A stretch of 64,000 bases of DNA from positions 96,001 to 160,000 of IMG/VR virus record IMGVR_UViG_3300045988_178965; one strand, given 5' to 3'. Shown here piece after piece: positions 17,765-25,507 of this stretch. The position numbers and the translations under genes were made by a program. This stretch comes from a virus. Position 1 is the first letter of the stretch; each line of letters opens with the position of its first letter. The notes under the pieces are model-generated. The model saw nothing but the letters and a program-made list of their open reading frames with translations, ran no database searches and was not told the DNA's origin.

Positions 17765-18229
17765 TTATAACACTGCCTTCCATCTTTTTGATGTAACGCA
17801 TCCAGCTCTGTAAGCATCTATATCGAACTCTCTTGTATTCGGATCTGTATGTCTATTAAGAGCACCCATAGAAATGCCGGTTGCTCTTTTAGCAATTCTC
17901 ATGCTTCTATAGTATACACCCTGAATAATATATCCTTTGCCGGCATTATAATGAGATTGCCTATGGAGTTCTTCCGAATCTTTCCAATTATCTTTGTAGC
18001 TTCCTAAAGCAAGATGATCAGGATTACAACATCTGGGATTGTGACAAAGATGCCTTACAAGAACTTTGTCCGGAATAGTTCCAAACTTTTGTGTTGCTAC
18101 AAATTTATGAGTGGTCCAATATTTGCCATCTCTTTTGAATTGACCATAACCTGCACTTGTTACAGATTTATTCCAATTCCAACATCCAGTTATTTTATCA
18201 ATAGTAACATTATTTTTAATGAAATCCAT
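17765..18229 (-). CDS. HNH homing endonuclease
   Basis: GCWNWNKSVTSAGYGQF...HKF......VRHLCHNPRCCNPDHL..G...DN is the classic phage HNH signature. It is free-standing within the tRNA array. Confidence 0.8.
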   Translation of the reverse strand: MDFIKNNVTIDKITGCWNWNKSVTSAGYGQFKRDGKYWTTHKFVATQKFGTIPDKVLVRHLCHNPRCCNPDHLALGSYKDNWKDSEELHRQSHYNAGKGYIIQGVYYRSMRIAKRATGISMGALNRHTDPNTREFDIDAYRAGCVTSKRWKAVL

Positions 18230-18251
18230 AATAATATAGATTGTGGTATTT

Positions 18252-18344
18252 TGGCACTCCCGGCAGGACTCGAACCCGCATACTCGCCTTCGTTTGGCTT
18301 ACTGATTAGAAGTCAGTTCCATTATCCTTTTATGGTACGGGAGC
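18252..18344 (-). tRNA. class II (long variable arm) tRNA with anticodon UCU, CCA encoded
   Basis: Acceptor GCTCCCG/CGGGAGT, arm ACTGA-CTTCTAA-TCAGT, a 21-nt variable arm with a GCC/GGC stem, T-loop TTCGAGT. Confidence 0.75.
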
Positions 18345-18358
18345 GCATAAACTTAAAC

Positions 18359-18559
18359 TTATGCCTTAAACTTCGACAAGATAGATTTGACAAAATTATA
18401 CGGCTTTGTAGCATTTATCTTGCACACAATTTCGCCGCAATATTGGCCATTTTCTTTTAAAGCCCAGAACTTTCTCTTAGCTTCTTCTTCGCTGTTTGCA
18501 TAAATACTGACAGACCACTCTTTATTATCAAACCTATATGAGAATGTGTACTCTTTCAT
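18359..18559 (-). CDS. hypothetical small protein
   Basis: Trimmed to the ATG at 18559 (MKEYTFSYRF...), downstream of the preceding stop. Confidence 0.4.
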   Translation of the reverse strand: MKEYTFSYRFDNKEWSVSIYANSEEEAKRKFWALKENGQYCGEIVCKINATKPYNFVKSILSKFKA

Positions 18560-18572
18560 GTCGTACCTATTC

Positions 18573-19100
18573 CTATTCTTGTTTTGCAAAATTTAATATA
18601 TGTTCAGATGCCTGATTTTCAACAGCATCTAAGATTAAATATCCATCGCAATATTTTTCAAGAGATTCGAATATTTCTTTTGCAAATTCATTGGATTCTT
18701 CTTCACTTTGATTTCTGCCATTTTGAACATATGGTTTTGTTCGATTCAGAAATACATTGATATTTTGGAACTTATTTGTTTCTTCCAATACAAGCTGTCG
18801 GAATGTTTTGCTACCATTTCCATATTTTTGATTATAAAAAATAGATAAGATTAATGGTCGGTCCGTAATGATATACTTCACCTTGCCATTTAGTCTAAAC
18901 ATTCTATGATGCTGTTTCGCAAATAGATACAATTCGTTTTTAAAAGTTTCGTTTCTTTGCTCCCAAACTAATTCTTTTGCATACTCAGAAACCAACTCAA
19001 CATCGTATCCAAGCCATTTCATTTTGGCAAAGAGTTCAGATGCTATTGTGCTTTTACCCGTTCCGGGTGCACCTATTAGGTTTATTGCAATTGTTTGCAT
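18573..19100 (-). CDS. P-loop NTPase/kinase (AAA_28/NadR-kinase-like)
   Basis: Walker A GAPGTGKST at the N-terminus, ~175 aa, small-kinase architecture. Confidence 0.55.
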   Translation of the reverse strand: MQTIAINLIGAPGTGKSTIASELFAKMKWLGYDVELVSEYAKELVWEQRNETFKNELYLFAKQHHRMFRLNGKVKYIITDRPLILSIFYNQKYGNGSKTFRQLVLEETNKFQNINVFLNRTKPYVQNGRNQSEEESNEFAKEIFESLEKYCDGYLILDAVENQASEHILNFAKQE

Positions 19101-19136
19101 CTTAAATCCTTTGGATATCTATTAATTTAAATTCGG

Positions 19137-19257
19137 CGCGGAGAGCAGGACTCGAACCTGCAACACTTCTTAACCATAGAAATGTAAACCTTACAGCATT
19201 CCTTCCAGACAAAAACGCAAAGTTACTATAGCATTTTACCGATTAAACTATCTCCGC
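19137..19257 (-). ncRNA. tRNA-like RNA 1 with a conserved ~50-nt insertion between the D-arm and the anticodon-like arm
   Basis: Acceptor GCGGAGA/TCTCCGC, D-arm GTTT-AATCGGTA-AAAT, T-arm GCAGG-TTCGAGT-CCTGC. Inserted bulged helix GTAACTTTGC/GTAAGG(T)TTAC. Loop ATGGTTA. Confidence 0.65.
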
Positions 19258-19268
19258 ATAAAAAGGGG

Positions 19269-19406
19269 CAGGCTGTGCAGGATTCGAACCTGCAAAAAGG
19301 GTGTCCTTAAATTTTCAATTAAAAATGTAAACCTATCGGCATTCCTATCGGACAAGTTTGATAGGTTATAAATGACCCTTGCGTCTACCAATTTCGCCAA
19401 CAGCCC
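19269..19406 (-). ncRNA. tRNA-like RNA 2 (class II-like) with the same conserved insertion
   Basis: Acceptor GGGCTGT/ACAGCCT, Leu-type D-arm, inserted helix TAACCTATC/GATAGG(T)TTA, 6-nt anticodon-like loop, variable arm AAGG-ACAC-CCTT. Confidence 0.65.
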
Positions 19407-19412
19407 ATAAGA

Positions 19413-19536
19413 TGGAGGGCGGTACAGGACTCGAACCTGTATCTTTTCATTAGCCGTGAAATGTAAATCTCTCAAGCATTCTTTTCAGACAAAAGTAGAA
19501 AGATTACTTAATGTTTTCCCATTAAACTAACCGCCC
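19413..19536 (-). ncRNA. tRNA-like RNA 3 with the same conserved insertion, CCA encoded
   Basis: Acceptor GGGCGGT/ACCGCCC, inserted helix GTAATCTTTC/GAGAGA(T)TTAC, loop CGGCTAA (G at position 33). Confidence 0.65.
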
Positions 19537-19549
19537 GTAAATTGTAATA

Positions 19550-19626
19550 TGGTCTAAGTGGCAGGACTTGAACCTGCGACCCTCTGCTCCCAAAGCAGAT
19601 GCGCTACCGGACTGCGCCACACTTAG
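19550..19626 (-). tRNA. tRNA-Pro(UGG), CCA encoded
   Basis: Acceptor CTAAGTG/CACTTAG, arm TCTGC-TTTGGGA-GCAGA, T-loop TTCAAGT. Confidence 0.9.
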
Positions 19627-19742
19627 ATCATGTAAAGCAAATATAGCAATAGGTACCACGAAAACGAGAAATGAGATACCTATTACTCTACTTACTTAGT
19701 AGAAGTGACTAAACCACACATTTTTGTTTTGTAAATCTAAAA

Positions 19743-21320
19743 TTAGATTTCTACTTTATTAATTTCAGAAATCCAAAAGTCTTTATCACCTTTAGAATTA
19801 AAGAACAGTGATGCGATTTGGAATACTGCGTCATTAAAGCCGCCGATATTCAATACGTATTCTTCAGGAACTGTTTGTGAACTTGAACCTGGAGTTACGT
19901 CAATGTTGATCATTCGGGTGTTAGGATTTGAACGACGAATTAATTTCAGTTCTTCTACTGTTCCTGTGGATGACCAGAAGCTCTTTTTCATACCTAACCA
20001 TGATTCATTGTCTGAAATCATGATGATATTATCCGGCATGCCTTTATTGGCATATCGTTCTTTGATGAACTTCATTGCAGCACCACAATCTGTTCCGCCG
20101 TTTGCCATTCGAGAAAGCTCTTCGCTGATACCAAAAAGAGTTTTACCTTTTGGTTCATAAATGGATGCCCTATCATTAAATAAAACAATTTCCAGATCTG
20201 GATTTTTGTTTTTCAAAGCCGCAACAAGAACTGCTGCAACATCCATTGCGCGAACAGTTGAGCGACTATTGATTAGACCGGACATAGATCCAGAACGGTC
20301 AACAGCAACAACTGTCTTACCTTCCAATGCAGGAACATTTTGCAGAGAAATTTCTGCAGCTTCATTCAAAGCCTTGCGGATATTATAGCTAATATCACCC
20401 GCCTTTTTAAAAGCAGAGAAAATAGCAAATGGCATAGCTTTACTTCGGATAATATCACGTTCAGATGTCAGCTTCTCAGCAATTCTATCGGCAAAACCTT
20501 TATCGCTAAATACACCATGACGTTCGAATGTTGCCAAATTCATACGGGTTTGATTCCATGTTGCATTATTAGCAATATGCTTCCAACCTTCTGTTGTTAA
20601 ACCCATAGAGGTATACATTTGAAATGGTAAATCTGGCAGTTGTTCTGCTTCTTCTGGATTACGTTTTAATTTCAAATACAGCTGAAGCTGTTCAGGAAGT
20701 TTATCTTCCTGGTAATCCATATCGCAAACCCAACGATAAAGCTGATTGCGATTTTCATTTGGCGCTTTTGGATGAACCATTTTGATAATGTCTTTTAAAG
20801 ACGGATCATTACCAATAGAAGCATTAATAATTGTTTTGTCTGTTGCAGAATTTAGCCAATCTTGAATTTGTCGTTTGGCATTCGTACCAAAACTGCGATT
20901 ACCAAAAGTACCGGAACGAATGATTTGAACAAAGGTTCTTAACATTCGGCCATTTGTAATGATACGCTTAAAAATTGCGTTAAACAAATCGCGGTCTTTT
21001 TTCATCAGATATCCCAGCAACAAGGCAGGAGTATCCTTAATGAAACCTTTTTCATGGGCATAAATTGCAACTTGTGCAACATATTTATTGCTACATTTTT
21101 TGGCCAGCTCAATAATACGAGACAGCTGAGTTTGACCATCAACATGAAGATAGCCATCAAGCATACCAGTTACAGCATATTGTGCAAGAGCATGCTGGTG
21201 TGTCATAGCATAAGCAGTGCCGCCGGATTCATTTGTTGTATTGACCTTATTGGACTGTACAGATACAGATGCTCCAGTAGGGACATTGATACGAGAAGTT
21301 TTAAATAATGGTGATGCCAT
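19743..21320 (-). CDS. rsr: Ro60 ortholog (TROVE domain + vWA domain; Rsr-like)
   Basis: N-terminal TROVE-like N.SGGTAY....HALAQYAVTG. C-terminal vWA with MIDAS DRSGSM (VVAVDRSGSMSG). ~525 aa, as for bacterial Rsr. The ATG at 21320 has an AAAGGAAAT RBS; the annotated 21338 start is TTG. Confidence 0.8.
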   Translation of the reverse strand: MASPLFKTSRINVPTGASVSVQSNKVNTTNESGGTAYAMTHQHALAQYAVTGMLDGYLHVDGQTQLSRIIELAKKCSNKYVAQVAIYAHEKGFIKDTPALLLGYLMKKDRDLFNAIFKRIITNGRMLRTFVQIIRSGTFGNRSFGTNAKRQIQDWLNSATDKTIINASIGNDPSLKDIIKMVHPKAPNENRNQLYRWVCDMDYQEDKLPEQLQLYLKLKRNPEEAEQLPDLPFQMYTSMGLTTEGWKHIANNATWNQTRMNLATFERHGVFSDKGFADRIAEKLTSERDIIRSKAMPFAIFSAFKKAGDISYNIRKALNEAAEISLQNVPALEGKTVVAVDRSGSMSGLINSRSTVRAMDVAAVLVAALKNKNPDLEIVLFNDRASIYEPKGKTLFGISEELSRMANGGTDCGAAMKFIKERYANKGMPDNIIMISDNESWLGMKKSFWSSTGTVEELKLIRRSNPNTRMINIDVTPGSSSQTVPEEYVLNIGGFNDAVFQIASLFFNSKGDKDFWISEINKVEI

Positions 21321-21465
21321 TTTATTTCCTTTAGACAAAAATTCTAAGACAAGGTTTATGATTTAACTTTCAATTTCTTCATAAAAGAAAAAGTTAAAAC
21401 AAGAATCCCAACGAGGATGCCGACAAATATGCTGGCTAATATAAATCCAAAAGCATAAGCCATAC

Positions 21466-21663
21466 TTATTTTATAACCCTAATGCAAACAGTATCCACAT
21501 GTCCGACAGGGCTGGGGCATCTTTCAGCTAAACCTTCTTTGCATAATTTACGCATAATCGTTCTGGCCTTGTCGTGTGAATACTTATATTTATGACAGAA
21601 GAAATACCCTTTCTTTTCGAGTATTTCTTTAATTTGTACCTTTTTAATTTTCCAGATTTTCAT
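21466..21663 (-). CDS. hypothetical small protein
   Basis: 65-aa basic ORF. Confidence 0.4.
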   Translation of the reverse strand: MKIWKIKKVQIKEILEKKGYFFCHKYKYSHDKARTIMRKLCKEGLAERCPSPVGHVDTVCIRVIK

Positions 21664-21743
21664 AATTCAATACTTTAAATCCATATTTTTTAAAAGGCAG
21701 CATCAAGGGTACATTCTTCTTACTGCCCAATTTGGAGTAACTA

Positions 21744-21819
21744 TGGTGGGAGGAACGGGATTCGAACCCGTGACCAAAGGTTTATGAGACCTCTGCTCTT
21801 ACCGCTGAGCTACCCTCCC
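21744..21819 (-). tRNA. tRNA-Met/Ile2(CAU), CCA encoded
   Basis: Acceptor GGGAGGG/TCCTCCC, D-arm GCTCAGCGGTAAGAGC, arm GAGGT-CTCATAA-ACCTT, T-loop TTCGAAT. Confidence 0.9.
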
Positions 21820-21998
21820 ATATACAGGAATTCAAATTTATCTTCGAATTCTTTCAATGGTCTTACGAAAGCTCTATCATTGGTGATACTTTTATAGACA
21901 ACAACCTGAGATAAGTCGTGTTCAAGTTCACCAATAGTCATAAGAATGTATTCACCGCCTTTATAATGGCGATAAACTCCGTTTTCTTTTAATTCCAT
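21810..21998 (-). CDS. DUF1653-like small protein
   Basis: GVYRHYKGGEYIL......VVYKS......FVRPLKEF pattern. ATG at 21998 with an AAAGGA RBS. The 3' end overlaps the tRNA by 10 nt. Confidence 0.5.
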   Translation of the reverse strand: MELKENGVYRHYKGGEYILMTIGELEHDLSQVVVYKSITNDRAFVRPLKEFEDKFEFLYMGG

Positions 21999-22032
21999 TT
22001 TAATTCCTTTTTGCACAAATTTGTTTTATTAA

Positions 22033-22488
22033 TCACATAGTTTTTGCTTCATCTCTTCCGCGGCAGGCCAATTTGTCTGCGCGTTCATTTTCAATATGTC
22101 CATTATGACCAAGAACCCAGATGAAACGAACATCATGTTTTTTAACAGCCTCATCAAGCTGCATCCAAAGATCAGCATTCTTAACCGGTTTATTGGCAGC
22201 AGTTTTCCAATTATTTGCCTTCCAGTTGCTAATCCATTCGCAAATACCATTACGAACATATTTAGAATCAGTACAAAGAACAACGTTCCATCGGCCGGAT
22301 TCTTTTGGCCTAATAGAATTCAAACCATAAATAGCAGCCATCAATTCCATCCTGTTATTGGTGGTTTCTTTCGCACTGCCATACATTTCTTTTTCTTTGT
22401 TACCATATTTCATCAATACGCCCCAGCCACCAGGACCAGGATTACCGCTACATGCACCATCAGTATAAATATAAACTTGTTCAGACAT
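22033..22488 (-). CDS. rnhA: ribonuclease HI
   Basis: [31 protein letters not shown] and [15 protein letters not shown] match RNase HI. Confidence 0.9.
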   Translation of the reverse strand: MSEQVYIYTDGACSGNPGPGGWGVLMKYGNKEKEMYGSAKETTNNRMELMAAIYGLNSIRPKESGRWNVVLCTDSKYVRNGICEWISNWKANNWKTAANKPVKNADLWMQLDEAVKKHDVRFIWVLGHNGHIENERADKLACRGRDEAKTM

Positions 22489-22509
22489 AATGGACTCCTT
22501 ATTCACTAA

Positions 22510-22686
22510 TTACTTCTTAACAAGAGAAGATACAACTTTTTCCCAGCCGTCTTCTACATCTTCAAATGTAGATAGAACATAGTTGCAGAGTAGGCCATAA
22601 ATTTGGCCAGTTGTTTTTGCAAATTCGCCATGTTCTTCGGTTTTGGCTAATTCGTCAATCTTCTTTTCAAATTCTTCACGTGTCAT
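22510..22686 (-). CDS. hypothetical small protein
   Basis: ATG at 22686 (GGAGAAATCAA RBS, ATGA overlap with the upstream stop). Confidence 0.4.
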   Translation of the reverse strand: MTREEFEKKIDELAKTEEHGEFAKTTGQIYGLLCNYVLSTFEDVEDGWEKVVSSLVKK

Positions 22687-22982
22687 TTGATTTCTCCACA
22701 AGGTTTATTGAGATTTACAATTTCCATGTCGTCTACATAAAAGGCAAACATCATTTCAGTTCCATTAAAACATACTGTTGTGGTTTTGAGATTGTAACCA
22801 TTAATAGATAATTTTTGTTTTTTACCTTCAAAGTGTTCTCTTTCGGAAACTTGATTACTGATGACTTTATATTCGCTCGAGTTTGGAATTAAAATAAACC
22901 GAAAAAATAAAAGTGCAGCAAGAAAACCGGCAAGGAATATTAAGATAAAAATCCCCACAACGTCAGATGGATAGCTTTTCAT
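22683..22982 (-). CDS. membrane-anchored hypothetical protein
   Basis: 99 aa with an N-terminal TM helix. Confidence 0.45.
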   Translation of the reverse strand: MKSYPSDVVGIFILIFLAGFLAALLFFRFILIPNSSEYKVISNQVSEREHFEGKKQKLSINGYNLKTTTVCFNGTEMMFAFYVDDMEIVNLNKPCGEIK

Positions 22983-23018
22983 TCCTCATCTCCAATATTG
23001 CAAGCCTTAATACAGTCA

Positions 23019-23672
23019 TTAAGACTCGGGTTGTTTATATCTATTTTTCTTCGTAAATTCTTTTGTAGTTAAAAATTTATTTTGATATCTATCATCCGGA
23101 AATGGAATATACATTGTTGAATATGTATCAAAAATAATACCATTGGCACCAATAAATTCGCCCTTATATTTAACAGTAAGGCCTTCGTTATTTCTACCAA
23201 TGACTATATATTCTTTACCAGATTTATCAACAAGAATATCATCAAGTCTTGTATTATGTTTTGTCGGATAGCTTAAATTGTCAGAGATACGTAAGTCTCT
23301 TAATGTCACTTTAATTTTTCCAATTGCTGTAGAATTACCAATTAGAAATCTTTTATCAATATCATTTGATGATACTGTAATATATTCTAGATCATCAAAA
23401 TCCCAATTGGCATTTGGGTAAAAGTGTCTTTGTAAAAAAGCACCAACGGTACCATCAACCATCAGTAGTCTTGAATAATCTTTTAAAACCCAAGCACGAG
23501 AGCCGACCTTGCTAATAACATTATATCCAGCACCGAAATGAACTTTTGCTTGGAACTCTATGCATTCTACATGCACCGGTAAGAAATTATCGTCATCGAT
23601 TTCCAGTACTCTATATTTATTTCCATAGATGTCTTCCAAGACTTGATCAATTTTTACGTCTTCTAATTTCAT
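23019..23672 (-). CDS. paralog family A member (two repeats of the D-x-YGN-x-Y-x-V module)
   Basis: MKLEDVKIDQVLEDIYGNKYRVLEI... and LDDILVDKSGKEYIVIGR... Confidence 0.55.
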   Translation of the reverse strand: MKLEDVKIDQVLEDIYGNKYRVLEIDDDNFLPVHVECIEFQAKVHFGAGYNVISKVGSRAWVLKDYSRLLMVDGTVGAFLQRHFYPNANWDFDDLEYITVSSNDIDKRFLIGNSTAIGKIKVTLRDLRISDNLSYPTKHNTRLDDILVDKSGKEYIVIGRNNEGLTVKYKGEFIGANGIIFDTYSTMYIPFPDDRYQNKFLTTKEFTKKNRYKQPES

Positions 23673-23673
23673 A

Positions 23674-24114
23674 TCAATCACCATGTTGCAATAATTTTAT
23701 AGCATCAAGCAAAGAGTCTTTAAAATCGCATAATGCCTTTCTAAGATAGAAAGCATTTTCACAACTATTATGTCGCTCTAAATTAGACACTTTATCAAAA
23801 ATTTTATCCATATTATTTTCGATGTAATGTTTATCTAATATGTATTCAGATTTATGTTTCAGTGATTGAGTAGTAATATATTTCGTTTCATCCGATTTCA
23901 GATTATATTTTTCATTAAGATATTCTGTGTTAATAGCAAAAATAATATCCCGAATATTTGTAACATACACATCTTTACAAATTTCAGCTCGCTTAACATA
24001 TTTTGTGCATCTGAGTTGTACATAATATTCCAAAGGGTCCAAACCCAATACCTCATATTCATTGCCGTACTGATCTAAAACCAATTGACCAATTTCAAAA
24101 TCTTTCAGTTTCAT
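23674..24114 (-). CDS. paralog family A member
   Basis: MKLKDFEIGQLVLDQYGNEYEVLGL... Confidence 0.55.
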   Translation of the reverse strand: MKLKDFEIGQLVLDQYGNEYEVLGLDPLEYYVQLRCTKYVKRAEICKDVYVTNIRDIIFAINTEYLNEKYNLKSDETKYITTQSLKHKSEYILDKHYIENNMDKIFDKVSNLERHNSCENAFYLRKALCDFKDSLLDAIKLLQHGD

Positions 24115-24119
24115 TTTTA

Positions 24120-24404
24120 CTATTCCTCAGGTTTTGGTCTAAGTGATTTTACAGTAATAATCCTTGCAGTGTTTTCAAGGAAATATTTTCTGGCCGCTCC
24201 CTTAGATTTATATACCCAAAGTCTTTGGCCGACTTCTGAAAAGGCAAAATCATCATCAACTCTAATATCCTTAACATGCTTAATACATTCCAATTTGATA
24301 GGCATGCCTCTATCATCTTCGGCACGATCTATTGTATGTACCCTGTATTCATTGCCATATCTATCGACTACTAGCATATTTTCTCTAATATCATTAAGAT
24401 CCAT
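24120..24404 (-). CDS. paralog family A member (single module)
   Basis: MDLNDIRENMLVVDRYGNEYRVHTI...; ATG at 24404 with a GGAG RBS. Confidence 0.55.
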   Translation of the reverse strand: MDLNDIRENMLVVDRYGNEYRVHTIDRAEDDRGMPIKLECIKHVKDIRVDDDFAFSEVGQRLWVYKSKGAARKYFLENTARIITVKSLRPKPEE

Positions 24405-24405
24405 T

Positions 24406-24819
24406 TTATACTCCAAAATAAATTTTATTCAAGGTATTAACATGCTCTTGAGCATTTTCTTTTGTTGTATGAACCACTATTGGAGGTTCGCCAAAAATGG
24501 AACTCACCTTAATGCTTACAACATTAAAACGACACTTATCATAATCGAAAGATGGATAATGAACAAATTGTTCAGGATCTCTAAATTTGATATCAGTTAC
24601 CTTTAATGGCTTCATAAACATTACATTAATACTAATCAATTCGTTTTGCTCAATTGGCTTACGGCGATATTTTGTATTAAAATCCCATTCAGGATGCCTA
24701 TTCAAATCATGCCATTCGCCAGTGATATTATATTGCCATAATATATATGGAAATTCGTGCTTCATAGCATCTTCTGCATATTGCATCATTAATTCAGCAT
24801 GCTTATGTTTTGATTCCAT
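24406..24819 (-). CDS. hypothetical protein
   Basis: 137-aa ORF lying between family A genes. Confidence 0.5.
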   Translation of the reverse strand: MESKHKHAELMMQYAEDAMKHEFPYILWQYNITGEWHDLNRHPEWDFNTKYRRKPIEQNELISINVMFMKPLKVTDIKFRDPEQFVHYPSFDYDKCRFNVVSIKVSSIFGEPPIVVHTTKENAQEHVNTLNKIYFGV

Positions 24820-24836
24820 TTTAGTTTCCTTTTAAA

Positions 24837-25451
24837 CTAGACAATACTAAAATCCTTGGCCGATAGACCATCATTAGAGTCATATGGAACCCATATGTAT
24901 GTATTAAAATCACCAGATTTACCATTAATGCCAGTGATTTGCTTTTTAAACATCAATTGAATGTTATCACTGTTGTAATAAATAATGGTATACTTGTTGC
25001 CAACGCCATCCGAAACAATCATATCATTTCTAACATTATCTATTGTTAGATAATTATCTTTAACAGGCTCCATATCGGATAGCGTCAATGTAACATTATC
25101 GACAGTAGACTGACGACCTAGTACATAATGACGTTTTGAGCCATTGGATGCAGTAAGAGAAAATGTTTGAAGTGTATTAGATAATGCTAAACTAGAATAA
25201 AAGTTTTCTTTGATATATTTACCAAGACCATCGTCAATCGATAATAGCATTGAGCGGTCTTTTAAAACGTATAATATCTGATTTTTATTTTTGAAAGAGT
25301 TATGAGAGTCAATTTTAACAGGGTTTTTGAATTCAATACATTTTACTCTTACTGGATAGTATTCATTGCCATATATTATATCCAATACTTGAAATCGATT
25401 GCCATAAGTATCCTCTAAGATTTGGCCGACTTTTACATCCTCAAATTTCAT
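24837..25451 (-). CDS. paralog family A member (two modules)
   Basis: MKFEDVKVGQILEDTYGNRFQVLDI... and VRNDMIVSDGVGNKYTIIYY... Confidence 0.55.
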   Translation of the reverse strand: MKFEDVKVGQILEDTYGNRFQVLDIIYGNEYYPVRVKCIEFKNPVKIDSHNSFKNKNQILYVLKDRSMLLSIDDGLGKYIKENFYSSLALSNTLQTFSLTASNGSKRHYVLGRQSTVDNVTLTLSDMEPVKDNYLTIDNVRNDMIVSDGVGNKYTIIYYNSDNIQLMFKKQITGINGKSGDFNTYIWVPYDSNDGLSAKDFSIV

Positions 25452-25474
25452 CCTTAAGCTCCATAATTAATAAT

Positions 25475-25502
25475 GGCGGACTGACAAATGCGTCAGCCCG
25501 CC
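25475..25502 (-). terminator. intrinsic terminator-like hairpin
   Basis: GGCGGGCTGACG/TGTCAGTCCGCC stem. The G.U pair forms only in minus sense. Confidence 0.55.
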
Positions 25503-25507
25503 TAAGT

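Noticed and set aside
13480-19475. ORFs overlapping the tRNA array (13480..13680, 14054..14287, 15495..15737, 16512..16847, 18014..18460, 19248..19475)
   Set aside because: Each is built on tRNA or tRNA-like gene sequence, or on the structured spacers. None has an RBS, and their translations are implausible.
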